Source: Octopus sinensis
Lineage: Eukaryota
Length of the DNA: 64,000 nt
Direction: 5' to 3'
Assembly (NCBI RefSeq): GCF_006345805.1
Contig: NC_043011.1
Location: 7,812,001 to 7,876,000 of the forward strand
Shown: one piece after another, positions 1 through 12,747 of the stretch
Numbering within the stretch: the stretch's first letter is position 1
Layout of the letters: the number at the start of each line of letters is the position of its first letter
Program-made: the position numbers and the translations under genes
Notes under the pieces: model-generated
Told to the model about the DNA's origin: nothing
What the model saw: only the letters and a program-made list of their open reading frames with translations
The model's database searches: none

Positions 1-1169
1 GCACCAAGGGGTTGATCTATTATTATATTTTTAATAAGGCGAGAGAGAGGGAGAGAGAGAGTGGGGAGAAGGCAGTTAAGGTTACAATTTACAGGGCCTC
101 CGAGGGTGAGAGCTATCATAAACTAAGAGACTTATCCCGAAAAACTGGAGACCTGCAATATTTCCTCCAATCTAGTGCTTTTGATTGGTGCTCTCTTTTT
201 TCCTAATTGACACTGAAAAGATAATAAAGGATTTGAACTTAGAGTTTCAGAACAAATACCACGAGGCATTTATTTGACATTTTAAGGACTCTGTTGATTC
301 GCCGTCTAATGAACTTATTCGCTACTTCTAGAGAATAAGGATTAGAAAAGGGTCAGTGTAGGAGCTTAGGGGTGACTCCTGTGGGTGACCTGCAGAGGGT
401 GCAAGACGAGTAAGTCAAGAAAGCCTGAGTAGAGGTGGCACGAAAATGACCCACTGTGATTGGAGTGTGTTTGTGATTTTGTGTCGGTCTGTACAGCAAA
501 CTTTCTTTGGATGTGCATCTGTGTATACAGCAGTGACACGATCCTATTTGTGGGAGTCGTCGGGCATTCTGGGACTCATTTAAGCTTTGTAGAGGATTAG
601 AAGTCATTGTGGGAGGGGAAGTATTTTCTGTCGCTAAAGAGTACTGGTTTTTTCAAGTGTTGTTTTTGCTATATTTAAACGTCGAGACAATCACAAATGA
701 ACTGGAAGCGATCTGAAAGCACCGAGCTTTCCATACGCCAATTGAAACAACTTGGCGGGTTTGCAGCCTTTGAATTACCCGGAATAAAGAGAGATACGCA
801 ATAACCTACATTCTGTCTCTCGGAAACATATTACTAGGTAAGTTAATGATTTTACCTCTTCTCACCACATCACACGAGGATCATAAAATAACTTCGTCGC
901 CACTCAACCACCGACTTTAAAATGTATCTAGGATCCAAATTTTGCTCATGAAAACTAAGCAAATCGCCAAAACTGTCCGCCACTATTTAATGTCAAAATT
1001 TGCTGTCTTTTTAATTCTTGGAGAAGGACTTCAATGCTACGAAGTGCTGAATGTTATGTCACCATAATTATTTAATGGACTTTATGAACGCATAGATATC
1101 ATGGCGTATGATGGGTCTCCGTCATTCGGGGACGAGGATTCAGTTGTTTGGTCAGCTGCATCATCTGGC

Positions 1170-1492
1170 ACTCCGTCGGTTATGACGACGAGTGTTCCCG
1201 TTGATCCGATTAACGGAACAGCCTGATCGTGAAATTAACGTGCAAATGGCTGAGCACTCCACAGACACGTGTACCCTTAACGTAGTTCTCGGGGAGATTC
1301 AGCGTGACACAGAGTGTGACAAGGCTGGTCCTTTGAATAACATATACAACTCACTTTTGGCAACTGAATGAACTGCGGTAATGCGAAACAAAATGTCTTC
1401 CTTCAGGAAAAAGACATGCCGCCAGAAATCGAACTCATGACCTTACGATCATCAGCCGAATACACTAACCACCAAGCCACGCGCCTTCACTG
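1170..1492 (-). mobile_element. SINE with family-D-type tail and a different tRNA-like head
   Basis: Tail matches family D; head GTGAAGGCGCGTGGCTTGGTGGTTAGTGTATTCGG; a related degenerate copy is at 6065-6370 (+). Confidence 0.75.
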
Positions 1493-2144
1493 CCTTACCG
1501 TAAACATACCAACATCGGTTGTCTAGCGATGGTGTGGGGGACAAACACAGACACACAAATACATACACATGCGCAATATATACAATTGCCCCACACCTCT
1601 ACAATATACAAAATATTTTAACAATTTTTTAGATAATTCCTAATATCTTATTATAAAATGTGATAGGGTTGTTTAAACATCGACTGGGTATGAGGGTCCA
1701 CCAGAATAAAATAGGGACCAAAGTGGTCCCCAGGTAGGAATGGTTGAGAACCACCGCATTTGACTGCATTACTAACAAAAGAGGTATTCCAGATTTACCA
1801 TAAACTGGCAACTGAAAGGCATTAAAAGACAAACACATTTGTAAGATGGTGGTTGAGTGACGACGAAGTTATTCGTTGCTCCAAATGTGATGTTATGAGG
1901 AGAGGTAATAATAGTATTAAAATACCCGGTAAGATGTTTCTGGGAGACACTATAACAAGGGAAACTGGTGGAACCTATTTTAGTGTAATCGTTACTACCG
2001 ACTCTTAACGTTCCGTGTTCAAATCACGTCTAGGTTGTCTTCATTTTTTTAGCCTTTCAGGGTCGAGAAAATATGCTGCAGCCGAGCTTGTTCCATCTCC
2101 CTACAATTTCGGGTCTTACGCCAAAAGTTGAAACATAACATACA

Positions 2145-2197
2145 CACACATAAATACTTACACACACACACACACACACACCACACACACATATATA

Positions 2198-2245
<48 letters not shown>

Positions 2246-2336
2246 TTTATTTAAAGCATAAATAAAGCATATTACTCTACCACTGGTATTTGAGTACTCT
2301 TTTTTCCACCTTGTTTCACATTTATGTGTTTACTCC

Positions 2337-2405
<69 letters not shown>

Positions 2406-2768
2406 TAACAATATATATATATACTTACTGTAAGCGGTAATGCGTGGCTTTCAGTTACTCTATAAATGAAAAATGCATTAAATACTACAAAACGTACACG
2501 TACGACAGACACAGAAGGACCATAATTCTTCATCAGTTACCGACCCAAAATACGAGAAATCAGTTTCGAGCCTTTAACGGTAAGACTGAGAACTTCGTAT
2601 ATCGGCAGCATCCGCAAGATTTTGCGTAGAATTAGGGCTCGAGCAAACAAAACAATACAAGGTGGACGAACGAAAGTAAATAAAAGTAATTTGAAACGCT
2701 AGACGAAGACTAAATAAATAGTCTTTCGGCCAAACACGAGAATATATATATGTGTGTATATATAATAT

Positions 2769-2822
<54 letters not shown>

Positions 2823-2880
2823 CATATAGATGAGAAATTTGGTTTGTGAAAGCACATATATATATATATTATATATATAT
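2145..2880. repeat. Representative (TA)n/(CA)n microsatellite cluster (many more across the window)
   Basis: Pure dinucleotide runs; the source of the spurious YI/HT-repeat ORFs in the track. Confidence 0.98.
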
Positions 2881-2883
2881 CTC

Positions 2884-3277
2884 TTTTACTCTTTTACTTG
2901 TTTCAGTCATTTGACTGCGGCCATGCTGGAGCACCGCCTTTAGTCGAGCAAATCGACCCCGGGACTTATTCTTTGTAATCCCAGTACTTATTCTATCGGT
3001 CTCTTTTGCCGAACTGCTAAGTGACGGCGACGTAAACACACCAGCATCGGTTGTCAAGCAATGCTTGGGAGACAAACACAGACACACAAACATACACACA
3101 CATATATATACATATATACGACGGGCTTCTTTCAGTTTCCGTCTACCAAATCCCCTCACAAGGCTTTGGTCGGCTCGAGGATATAGTAGAAGACACTTGC
3201 CCAAGATGCCACACAGTGGGACTGAACCCGGAACCATGTGGTTGGTAAGCAAGCTACTTACCACACAGCCACTCCTG

Positions 3278-3280
<3 letters not shown>
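2884..3280 (-). mobile_element. SINE family A (tRNA head, CORE-like segment, central microsatellite, tail)
   Basis: Head AGG(C)GCAGGAGTGGCTGTGTGGTAAG; GGCA(C/T)CTTGGGCAAGTGTC is CORE-like; tail ends GAAACAAGTAAAAGAG. Confidence 0.9.
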
Positions 3281-3324
<44 letters not shown>

Positions 3325-3372
3325 TATATGTGTATATATATGTATATATGTGTATATATATGTATGTATATA

Positions 3373-3775
3373 CAGGCGCAGGAGTGGCTGTGTGGTAAGT
3401 AGCTTGCTAACCAACCACATGGTTCCGGGTTCAGTCCCACTGTGTGGCATCTTCGGCAAGTGTCTTCTGCTATAGCCCCGGGCCGACCAATGCCTTGTGA
3501 GTAGATTTGGTAGACGGAAACTGAAAGAAGCCTGTCGTATATATGTATATATATATATATGTGTGTGTGTATGTATTTGTGTGTCTGTGTTTGTCCCTCT
3601 AGCATTGCTTGACAACCGATGCTGGTGTATTTACTTCCCCGTCACTTAGCGGTTCGGCAAAATGGACCGATAGAATAAGTACTGGCTTACAAAGAATAAG
3701 TCCCGGGGTCGATTTGCTCGACTAAAGGCGGTGCTCCAGCATGGCCGCAGTCAAATGACTGAAACAAGTAAAAGA
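3373..3775 (+). mobile_element. SINE family A
   Basis: Full head-microsatellite-tail copy, head-to-head with 2884-3280. Confidence 0.9.
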
Positions 3776-3809
3776 GTATATATCTGTATATACACACACA
3801 CACACACAC

Positions 3810-3882
<73 letters not shown>

Positions 3883-4339
3883 ATACAATTACCCCACACA
3901 TACAACCCAACACGTACACACATACCCACACGTACACAAACATACCTACATACACACACACACACACACAGCAAACAAAACACACACACTACATATACAT
4001 ACATGCACACACACATACTTCAAACTACCAGTACCATTCTACTGACCATTCTCCGCACACGTGTAATTAGACACACAACAAACAGCCACTCCTACCAAAA
4101 TTCTTACTATAAATTTTCCTATGACCTTAAACGATACTAAGCCCAACCACACGCATATCTAAACAGCCACAATCACACACACATACACACACACACACTT
4201 GCTGTCATTACACACACACACAGACAGACCTGTGCGCACTCACATACCCACACATACACACACATACTTCCTTCTCTTACACACTCCTGTCTTTGAAAGA
4301 ACTTTTTCTTCACCCATTCCCTTCCGGTCATTTCAATAT

Positions 4340-4545
4340 GTGACCGCGTTTGTATCGTTGGCGATTTTCTTCCTCCGTCTTCCCTTCTTTGGACTTTTTC
4401 TATATTTCTGATGAAGAGGCTCCGCCCGAAACGTGAAATCCTCTTTCTTTTCTTTCCTTTCTTGAGCGTCCAATAACACTGTACTTTTCCCACGTCCTCG
4501 CGTTGTCGTTTTTTCTTGCTTGTTCATGTTTGGATTTACCATACT
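4340..4545 (+). mobile_element. Penelope-like terminal remnant with a hammerhead-like core
   Basis: ATTT-CTGATGA-AGAGGCTCCGCCC-GAAAC-GTG-AAAT at 4404-4439; lies between microsatellites. Confidence 0.45.
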
Positions 4546-4628
<83 letters not shown>

Positions 4629-4629
4629 G

Positions 4630-4662
<33 letters not shown>

Positions 4663-4739
4663 TATGTATATATATATATATATATACATATATATGTATA
4701 TATATATATTATATATATATATCATATGTTTTTATATAT

Positions 4740-4956
4740 AGGCGCAGGAGTAGCTGTGTGGTAAGTAGCTTGTTTGTTTACCAACCACATGTTTCCACGT
4801 CCAGTCCCACTCGTGGCACCTCGGGTAAGTGTTTTCTACTGTAGCCTCAGGCTGACCAAACCTATGTGAATGGATTTGGTAGACGGAAACTGAAAGAAGC
4901 TCGTCGTTATATATATATTATATATATATATATATGTGTGTGTGGTGTGTGTGTGT

Positions 4957-4991
<35 letters not shown>

Positions 4992-5205
4992 TGTGTCTGT
5001 GTGTGTCTGTGTTTGTCCCCCGCCACCATCGATTGACTACCGATGGTGGTGTGTTTACGTCTCGTAATCTAGCGGTCCGGCAAAAGAGTCCGATAGTATA
5101 GTGCTAGGCTTGCGAAGAATAAATCCTGGGGTCGATTTGCTCGAGTAAAGGCTGTGCCCCAGCATGGCCGCAGTCAATTAACTGAAACAAGTAAAAGAAT
5201 AAAAG
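4740..5205 (+). mobile_element. SINE family A
   Basis: Same consensus, with (TA)n(TG)n centre. Confidence 0.85.
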
Positions 5206-5234
5206 AATGTATATATATATAATATATATATATA

Positions 5235-5274
<40 letters not shown>

Positions 5275-6909
5275 TGTGTATGTTTGTTTAATTTACATAA
5301 TTGCACATGTTTGGGCAAATATATACGCATGCACATATATACATATCTTTAGAAATCATGTTAGACAACGAAGTGGCGGAATCGTTAGCGGGCCAAATAA
5401 AACGCGTAATGGCATTTCGTCTTGTCCTTTATGCTCTGAGTTCAAGTCCCCACAAGGTTATGTGCAAATATATATGTCAAGATACACAGAAACAGACACA
5501 CGCACGCACGTGTATATGTGTGTCTGTATGCTAACCTACATGCATAAAACTGAAGGAATTTATGCAATGTAATGCGAGTTGTGCGTAATAGATAGGTTCC
5601 TTACTGATAAAGACCAGAGTTCATAAATACACAATTCATACAAAGACAGAATAATTCTGACGAGACGAAGCAGCATTAAACGTTTCAAATCAGTTAAATT
5701 GATACGAAACTGACAGAGAAACTCGCTCACTTCACAATGTAACTCTGAGTAAATTGTTTGCGTAGTCAAATACTCTCAGAAAAGAGAGAGGAGTAAAGGA
5801 AACCAACGAACTTTGCATGAAAGCTAACCAGGCTAGAATTAAATTAATACAGGTACTTGAAACAACATTTAAAATACCAGTATAATATCCTTTCTATTAT
5901 AGGTACAAGGCTTGAAATTTGGGGGAAGGGGATAATCGATTACTCAATTGGTACTTAAGTTATCGATCCAGAAAGGATAGAAGGTAAAGTAGACCTCGGC
6001 AGAATTTGAACTGAGAACGTAGCGATAAATACCAGTATATTATGTATATTATATAAAGTGTATGTGAAAGCACGTGGCTTAGTTGTTAGTGTATTTGGCG
6101 CGTTAGGTCATGAGTTCAATTCCCGAGAGCATGTTGTGTTCTTGAACAGGACACTTTATTTCATGTCGCATCAGTCGACTCGGCTGGCAAAAGAGTTATA
6201 CCTGTAATTCAATGAGGAAGTCTTGTCATATTTGGTGTGTCTCATATTTTTTGTGTCACTCCCTGAGAACTAAGTGAAGAATACGCATGTCTCTGGAATG
6301 CTCAGCTATTTGAACGTTAATTTCATGAGCAGACGGTTCGGTTGATCGAATCAGCTGGAACATTCGCTGTTGTAACAGATGAAGTGTCCAGAATACAAAT
6401 TAAAGAAGTTTGAATGGTAATAGCTGTAATATTTTGTCTGAAATTAATTTCCTGAGACTTGTGGGCTAAAAACAACGACATTCGTAACGAATCTTTATGT
6501 AATGCGTGTTTGTATGTGCATATAAATATTATACACATCGTTAGTTGAACAGTATTAAATACTTCGTTGGTAAACATACAAATAAATGAACCAGGGACCT
6601 GCTGCAGAGAGCAATCAAATCTTCCTAAAATCACATCGTTCTGTCTAAAAAATTGAAGGGCACATTAGATAATGTAGTGCTAGATGTATTATGCGTGAAA
6701 AAATTGTATCTCAGCATCGTAACTTTGTACAAAATAGTGGTAACCTTCAGTTACGTTGGTAGAACTTTGCCCGATGAGAACTCTGCCCGATGTTGTCCAC
6801 TGCCATCTGGTTTGCCGTCTGATTATTCGTGTATAAAGATTGCCACTGCCTACAGAGTTATCGTTCATGTATGGCTTTCCATAGATCTCCCTCTTAGCAT
6901 ACTGTAGAT

Positions 6910-7165
6910 CAGTAATTCCCAACTATTTTAATTTTATTTATGGATTCCTTTGATTCCTGCTTTCCTCAGGGGGACCCTCGTAGCCATTCGCTGTTTAAAA
7001 AAAATCCTACTATATTATTAGGAATAAAAAAAATTGTTTAAAAAAAATTGTTTAAATATTTTGTGTCTTGTAGAAATATAAACAACATATTTAAAATAAA
7101 TTTTAACAGCAAAATCTTTTATGGAACCGACCCAGGGTCATATGGACCCTAGTTGAGAGCCATCG
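6910..7165. mobile_element. hAT-like MITE
   Basis: Termini CAGTAATTCCCAAC / GTTGAGAGCCATCG; 8-bp TSD CTGTAGAT / CTGTACAT; related copies about 1590-1757 and 9858-10030. Confidence 0.75.
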
Positions 7166-7539
7166 CTGTACATCATGTTCTTATTTTAAAACGTGATATA
7201 AGCATGGTATTATCCAGGTGGTCACTTACATTTTTTTTTCGTAAATACAAATTTAAATACTTATTAAATTCCTGGTCATAATTTTAGGACTTTAAATGGA
7301 AGTATCTTTCATGAAATATGAGCAGAAGAGAAGGATCTTTAAGCAGTTCTGATATTTCCTATATCTGAAGAATACAAGATATCGGAGCAAAATTTGTCCA
7401 GAAAGTCATTAACACATGCTAGCTGTTCCTTGTGTTTATTAAGTGAACTACTCAAACCTGATTAGGCATGGATTTAGTTAGATCTTTGTAATTTAATTGA
7501 GTTTCCTTCTTTTCCTTCAATAATGCTATTCTGCGAAAT

Positions 7540-7900
7540 AGCTGCCCAAGCCATAGACCCACCCCAACGCTTCACGGTGGGAGCCAAGCAGTCAGGGCTG
7601 AAGGCTTCTTTTATCTGTCCCCGAAATAGTTATCAGAGAAGGTAACATTGTTCCATTGAGCCATTAACCACTTCTGATAGTCTACAGACCATTTCTGTGG
7701 CATACTATTATTGATGGGAATAGGAGAAATTCAGTTTCTTCATTCCAGTTTTTCTTTGGTGCCTTATTTGTCTCAAATATTTCGGTAACTGTATCAACTT
7801 CATGGGGTGATTTTTCGGGCTTCGTCAACAGAAATTGGATCAAGCGAGTCGTTTAGCTGTTCTTCAACATATTCGCTGTTCATCTAAATGTTTTACATGT
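7540..7900 (-). mobile_element. Degraded Tc1-like transposase fragment
   Basis: Minus strand reads QWNNVTFSD and KEAFSPDCLAPTVKRWGGSMAW (Tc1 W..V.FSDE and PTVKHGGGSVMVW motifs), with stops. Confidence 0.65.
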
Positions 7901-8041
7901 TTTTCTTGTTTATTCTCTCCCCTTCTGTAATTGCACGCCCCAGTGAATATTCTCTGACATTGAAATATTAATGTTATCTATTGTCCCGTATCACATTCAG
8001 TATCACAGTCGCTTTTCCTGAGTAGATGATCTCAATTTTTT

Positions 8042-8141
8042 NNNNNNNNNNNNNNNNNNNNNNNNNNNNNNNNNNNNNNNNNNNNNNNNNNNNNNNNNNN
8101 NNNNNNNNNNNNNNNNNNNNNNNNNNNNNNNNNNNNNNNNN
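8042..8141. other. Assembly gap (100 N)
   Basis: Exactly 100 N, a typical placeholder; true distance and orientation across it are unknown. Confidence 1.
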
Positions 8142-8504
8142 CTCTCTGTGTTTAGCCCATTGTGGGTAGTAAAGAAATAAGTATTTCGTCAGGGTCTTTA
8201 CGTTCTGAGTTCAAATCCCGCCGAGGTCAAGTTTGCCTTTTATTCCTTCGGTGACGATAAAATGGAAGTACCAATCATGTATTGATGTCGATGTCATCGA
8301 CTTGTTTCTTTCCTCAAAAAACTGAATCCGGCAACGGACCGGCGTCCCGTTCAGGGAGTTATGTTGTGACCTCGGTCACTTCCACGCCATGAAGAACGGG
8401 TAGCTGACCTTATGTCTGCTTGGGCTCGAGAAAAAATTAGCAGTAGAGTAGTGGGTGGGGGGATGGAGTTAGTAAACTAATTTGGAAAGATGAGCAGAGA
8501 TGGA

Positions 8505-8649
8505 CGGGGGATCACTCGGCTCGTCCGTCGATGAAGAGCGCGGCTATCCGCGTGAACTGATGCGAATTGCAGGACTCAGTGAACATCGACACCTCGAACG
8601 CACATTGCGGCCCCGGGATCCTATCGCCCCGGGGCCCCGTCCGGTCGAG
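8505..8649 (+). rRNA. Dispersed 5.8S rRNA copy (probable pseudogene or retrocopy)
   Basis: GGATCACTCGGCTCGTCCGTCGATGAAGAGCGC...GAATTGCAGGAC...CATCGACACCTCGAACGCACATTGCGGCCCCGGG matches the eukaryotic 5.8S core; no ITS, 18S or 28S flanks seen. Confidence 0.92.
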
Positions 8650-8657
8650 ATTTTCAG

Positions 8658-8895
8658 GGAGACGCAATAGCCCAGTGGTTAGGGCAGCGGACTCGCGGTC
8701 ATAGGATCGCGGTTTCGATTCCCAGACCGGGCGTTGTGAGTGTTTATTGAGCGAAAACACCTAAAAAGCTCCACGAGGCTCCGACAGGGGATGGTGGTGA
8801 TCCCTGCTGTACTCTTTCACCACAACTTTCTCTCACTAACGGCGGTGCATCAGCATGGCCGCAGCTCTGAGCTGAAACTAGAAAAAAAAAAAAAA
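8658..8895 (+). mobile_element. tRNA-headed SINE (family D), truncated, with a family-A-like tail and poly(A)
   Basis: Head matches 26246 and 31688 (GGAGGCGCAATGGCCCAGTGGTTAGGGCAGCGGACTCG; A/B-box-like); switches at about 8838 to ggcggtgcatcagcatggccgcag...gaaac followed by an A-run. Confidence 0.8.
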
Positions 8896-9370
8896 GAGAA
8901 GACATCGATTACGATGTGCTCGGAACGAGAATGATAGCTGACTAATTCCGGGAAGCGAGACACGAAAAATAGGTCTTTGGTACTCGGGCATTCACTCTGA
9001 AACAACAGGACACACAATCCTTTCAACGAGCTCCATTTAGCGACACAGCCACAATTCAGCTCTCTGACAGTCCGCCACAGGCGCTTGCTATCTGTATCGA
9101 AGTAGATGAGTCCGAATTTCTACGACACTTTGTTAAACTACTTGTAAGGAGTGGCGGTGGAATTTTGTTATCTGACAGAACGGTTTGCCGGAACTCTCGA
9201 AAAAAACAAACTCAATACATTGAAAACCCGATTTCAACAGATGAAGCAGTGGACTATTGAGTGGCTGTGCGACGAACAGATCTCTAATACTGGAAGGTGT
9301 ACACCAATGGTTCTCAACTGAGGTCCATATAACTCTTGGTAGTCTATAGGAGAATTTGTTGTTAAAATTC

Positions 9371-9547
9371 AGGCGCAGGAGTGGCTGTGTGGTAAGTAGC
9401 TTGTTTACCAACCACATGGTTCCGGGTTCAGTCCCACTGCGTGGCACCTTGGGCAAGTGTCTTCTACTATTGCCTCGGGCCGACCAAAGCCTTGTGAGTG
9501 GATTTGGTAGACGAAAACTGAAAAGAAGCCTGTCGTATATCTGTATA

Positions 9548-9633
<86 letters not shown>

Positions 9634-9845
9634 GTGTGTTTGTGTGTCTGTGTTTGTCCCAATGACAACCAATGCTGGTGTGTTTATGTCCCCGTTACTT
9701 AGCGGTTCGGCAAAAAGAGACCGATAGAATAAGTACTGGGCTTACAAAAGAATAAGTCCCGGGGTCGAGTTGCTCGATTAAAGGCGGTGCTCCAGCATGG
9801 CCGCAGTCAAATGACTGAAACAAGTAAAAGAGTAAAAGAGTAATA
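9371..9845 (+). mobile_element. SINE family A
   Basis: Full copy. Confidence 0.9.
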
Positions 9846-10156
9846 AACTGGTTATATATCTACAATATACAAAATATTTTTAGCAATTTTTTATAGAATT
9901 TTTGATATTTAACTATTTAAAATATAATAGGATTTTTTCAAACTTCAAATGGAAATGAGGGTCCGTCTCTCTGAGCAAAATAGGAACCACAGGGGTCCAT
10001 AGGTAAAAAAAAAAAAACGTTGAGAGCCTCGAGTTTACTCTATGAACTGTATCGCTCACTTATTTGTGATTGTCAAGGTAAGTTTCAATGGGATCCGGCT
10101 GCGAGCTGGGAGAATTAAAAATTCTAAGCCAAATAATAAAGATGCTATTGAAGAAG

Positions 10157-10390
10157 GCGGCGAGCTGGCAGAAACGTTAGCACGCCGGGCGAAATGCCTG
10201 GCCGTATTTCGTCTGCCGTTACGTTCTGAGTTCAAATTCCGTCTAGGTCGACTTTGCCTTTCATCCTTTCAGGGTCGATTAAATAAGTACCAGTTACGCA
10301 CTGGGGTCGATGTAATCCACTTAATCCGTTTGTCTGTCCTTGTTTGCCCCTCTGTGTTTAGCCCCTTGTGGACAGTAAAGAAATATATTG
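10157..10390 (+). mobile_element. SINE family B (tRNA-like head)
   Basis: GGCGAGCTGGCAGAAACGTTAGCACGCCGGGCGAAATG...GAGTTCAAATTCC...GGTCGACTTTGCCTTTCATCCTTTC...TTTAGCCCCTTGTGG. Confidence 0.9.
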
Positions 10391-10655
10391 AAGAAGGAAT
10401 CATTCTACAGTTTTGGGTCAAGCACAAAAACAGATTAGGTGTCTGGCATCTGGAATATTTCCAGATACTCTTTGTACTCTACCAATTGGAAAATGTCGTG
10501 GGTGGGAAACCAACCGATGAATGGTATAGAGAGACAGTGGAGGGTATGAGGGGAGATGGCCCCGAATCTGCGCATGACTATGTCGTTAAGTTTATCTTTT
10601 TAATTAGTATGTATAATCCATGCGCAAGAGCGCGCGCGCACACATACGCTCTCAA

Positions 10656-10690
<35 letters not shown>

Positions 10691-11632
10691 TACATACATA
10701 CACATGGACTCACACACACGTATACACACACACATCACACACACACACACACAGACGCACATACAAACAATAATTATGTACGTACTCATTCAGAGACCCA
10801 TAAGAGACAGAGAGAGAAAGAGAGATACTGAGCTGGAGAGAGAGAGAGAGGCAATAAGTTTTGAGGAGAGAGAATGTGTAAGAGTAAGATAGAGAGAGAG
10901 AAAGAGTAAGGCGATAAAGAGAGAGTGAGAGAGAGCATTATTGGGAGAGAGAGAAAGGCACAAGCAGACCGTGTCGAATATGTTAATTACCAAGGGGGAG
11001 AGCAAGCAGACAGGCAGACAGACAGACAGGCAGGCAGGCACATCGTTGTCAATGGTTACTGCGTTATTTTGTTGTTATCACGTAAACTTAGACTGAATGT
11101 ATTGGGTGAGATGAGATGATCAATTAATATTAGATTACAACAGCAACAACAACAGCAACATTAACAACTAAAACGCTATCGCTACCACAACCACTAGCAG
11201 CACTAACCATGACGACAGCAAGAACAACAACTACACAAGCAGTGATAACTAAGCAGATATATATATATATATAATAACAAAATAATATATAAACATATGC
11301 ATATATACATACATATATGTACATACCTACATCTATATGTATATATACATGCATATATGAGTACAGGACACCAAAAAAAACCTAGACCACAATGAGAAAC
11401 GAAAACATAAAAACAAAAACATAGCAACGGACTTTTTTTTTTCAAACAACGAAAAAACAGAGTACAAGACATATAACACAAGGAATATTCCCCTTCTTCA
11501 GTTGTCCCTGTTTCGGCTACTCCGCGTTCGAAGGTAAGGACAAGGCGCGACTTCGTTGAAATAGTCCTTCCCGCAAAGCAAATTAAATAAAATTTGGGAT
11601 TTTTTTGTGGAGGTGTAGAGAGAGAGAGAGAG

Positions 11633-12694
11633 TCGATATTGCATTTCTGTGGCACATGGCAGAGTTAGGGTTTGGAGAAGAAGGGGTGAACATCATGCCG
11701 ATGGCTGTGTGGGGGAGAGAGACTTATGGGGTGGCCAGAACATCATGGTATGGGGCGGGATTGCACTCAACGAGAAACTTGGACCGGTTGTCTTCAAAAA
11801 CATCGGGGCAATGGAGCAACCGCTGCTCGTTACATTGACCAAGTATTGAAACCTCACATTGTGCAGTACTTTGCAAGTCATCGGAAGCCCGTGCCCATAC
11901 TGCCAGGTTGACAACAGACTTCCCCCAACAGCACAACATCCAGACACTGCCATGGCCTGCCCTAAGTCCTGACTTGAACCCCATAGAGCACCTGTGGGAC
12001 AAAATCCAAAGAAGGCTAAATGACATCCAGCCAAGGCTGACAACTGCAGCACAATCCACTGCAAGTTTTAACAGTGTGTGTGCTGCTATCTCTATGGCCT
12101 TCATCAATTGTTTTGTGTATTCAGATGTCCTTTCACGACTGGAGCGAGAAATCTTTAGAGAATGCTCTGGTTTCTAAAATTTATCAAGAAATGGCCACTT
12201 TGCCTTCAATATGTTCATTCAGCGAATCTAAACGAAATGGATTATCAAGAGAAAACAATGGCAGACGACAGGTCGGCTGCCATAAACTCTTCTTGCCGGA
12301 AGGAACAGATTTCACAAAAGGAGAGAAAAATATAATAGCTGGTCTTCGCCGAAATCGAGGTTGTGTACTCCCACATATTGATGTCTCAAAGAAAGAGTCG
12401 AATTCTTCGTCTGAAAACTGTAAACGAGTTAATATGAAAGGTAAAAAAATAGATGTCTGGCAGTAATCAAGGCTAACGGTGGTCACACGAGATTTTGAGT
12501 TCATCTCTTTGGATCCAGAACACTCCGTTATCACGTGACACCATGTAACGTCAAACATGTTTCAGGAAATGACATTTTATCATTAGGAAAGAACGGTTTC
12601 TTAATTAGAACTCTTCAATCAATGCTACGGCAGTCTGTTAATAAATTGGTTTCTATTTAGTATGTGTGCGACGTTTCTTTTGTGGTTCAGTATA
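11633..12694 (+). mobile_element. Tc1/mariner transposon remnant (5'-truncated, frameshifted transposase, right end present)
   Basis: MVWGGI motif; LPWPALSPDLNPIEHLWD; C-terminal RCLAVIKANGGHTRF* at 12451-98; ends ...CTTTTGTGGTTCAGTATA in a TA run. Confidence 0.88.
12128..12452 (+). pseudogene. About 325-bp copy of part of the 12748-13783 exon, inserted inside a Tc1 remnant
   Basis: Collinear with about 12980-13304 at roughly 95% identity by eye, with no indels; flanked by AGATGTC at 12123-29 and 12451-57. Confidence 0.9.
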
Positions 12695-12747
12695 TATATA
12701 TAGAGAGAGATTTTTTATTTATTTATCTATTTACTTACTCATTTCAG

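Noticed and set aside
660-845. Exon-like segment ending in TAG|GTAAGT at about 837
   Set aside because: All three frames contain stops before the donor; at most a non-coding exon, and it lies across the assembly gap from the orphan exon.
990-1070. Short ORF MSKFAVFLILGEGLQCYEVLNVMSP* resembling a Ly6/three-finger N-terminus
   Set aside because: 25 codons, no further cysteines, no usable donor; probably chance.
2560-2600. Partial hammerhead-like GCTCGAAAC on the minus strand (also near 24880-24925 and 21857)
   Set aside because: Each lacks either CUGANGA or GAAA at the right spacing.
8658-8740. tRNA-like sequences here and at 26246, 31688, 10157 and others
   Set aside because: They continue into SINE bodies and lack a complete acceptor stem; these are SINE heads, not tRNA genes.
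8973-9260. About 95 open codons without ATG (...SGGGILL...)
   Set aside because: Weak acceptor, no donor and no recognisable domain; cannot be supported as coding.
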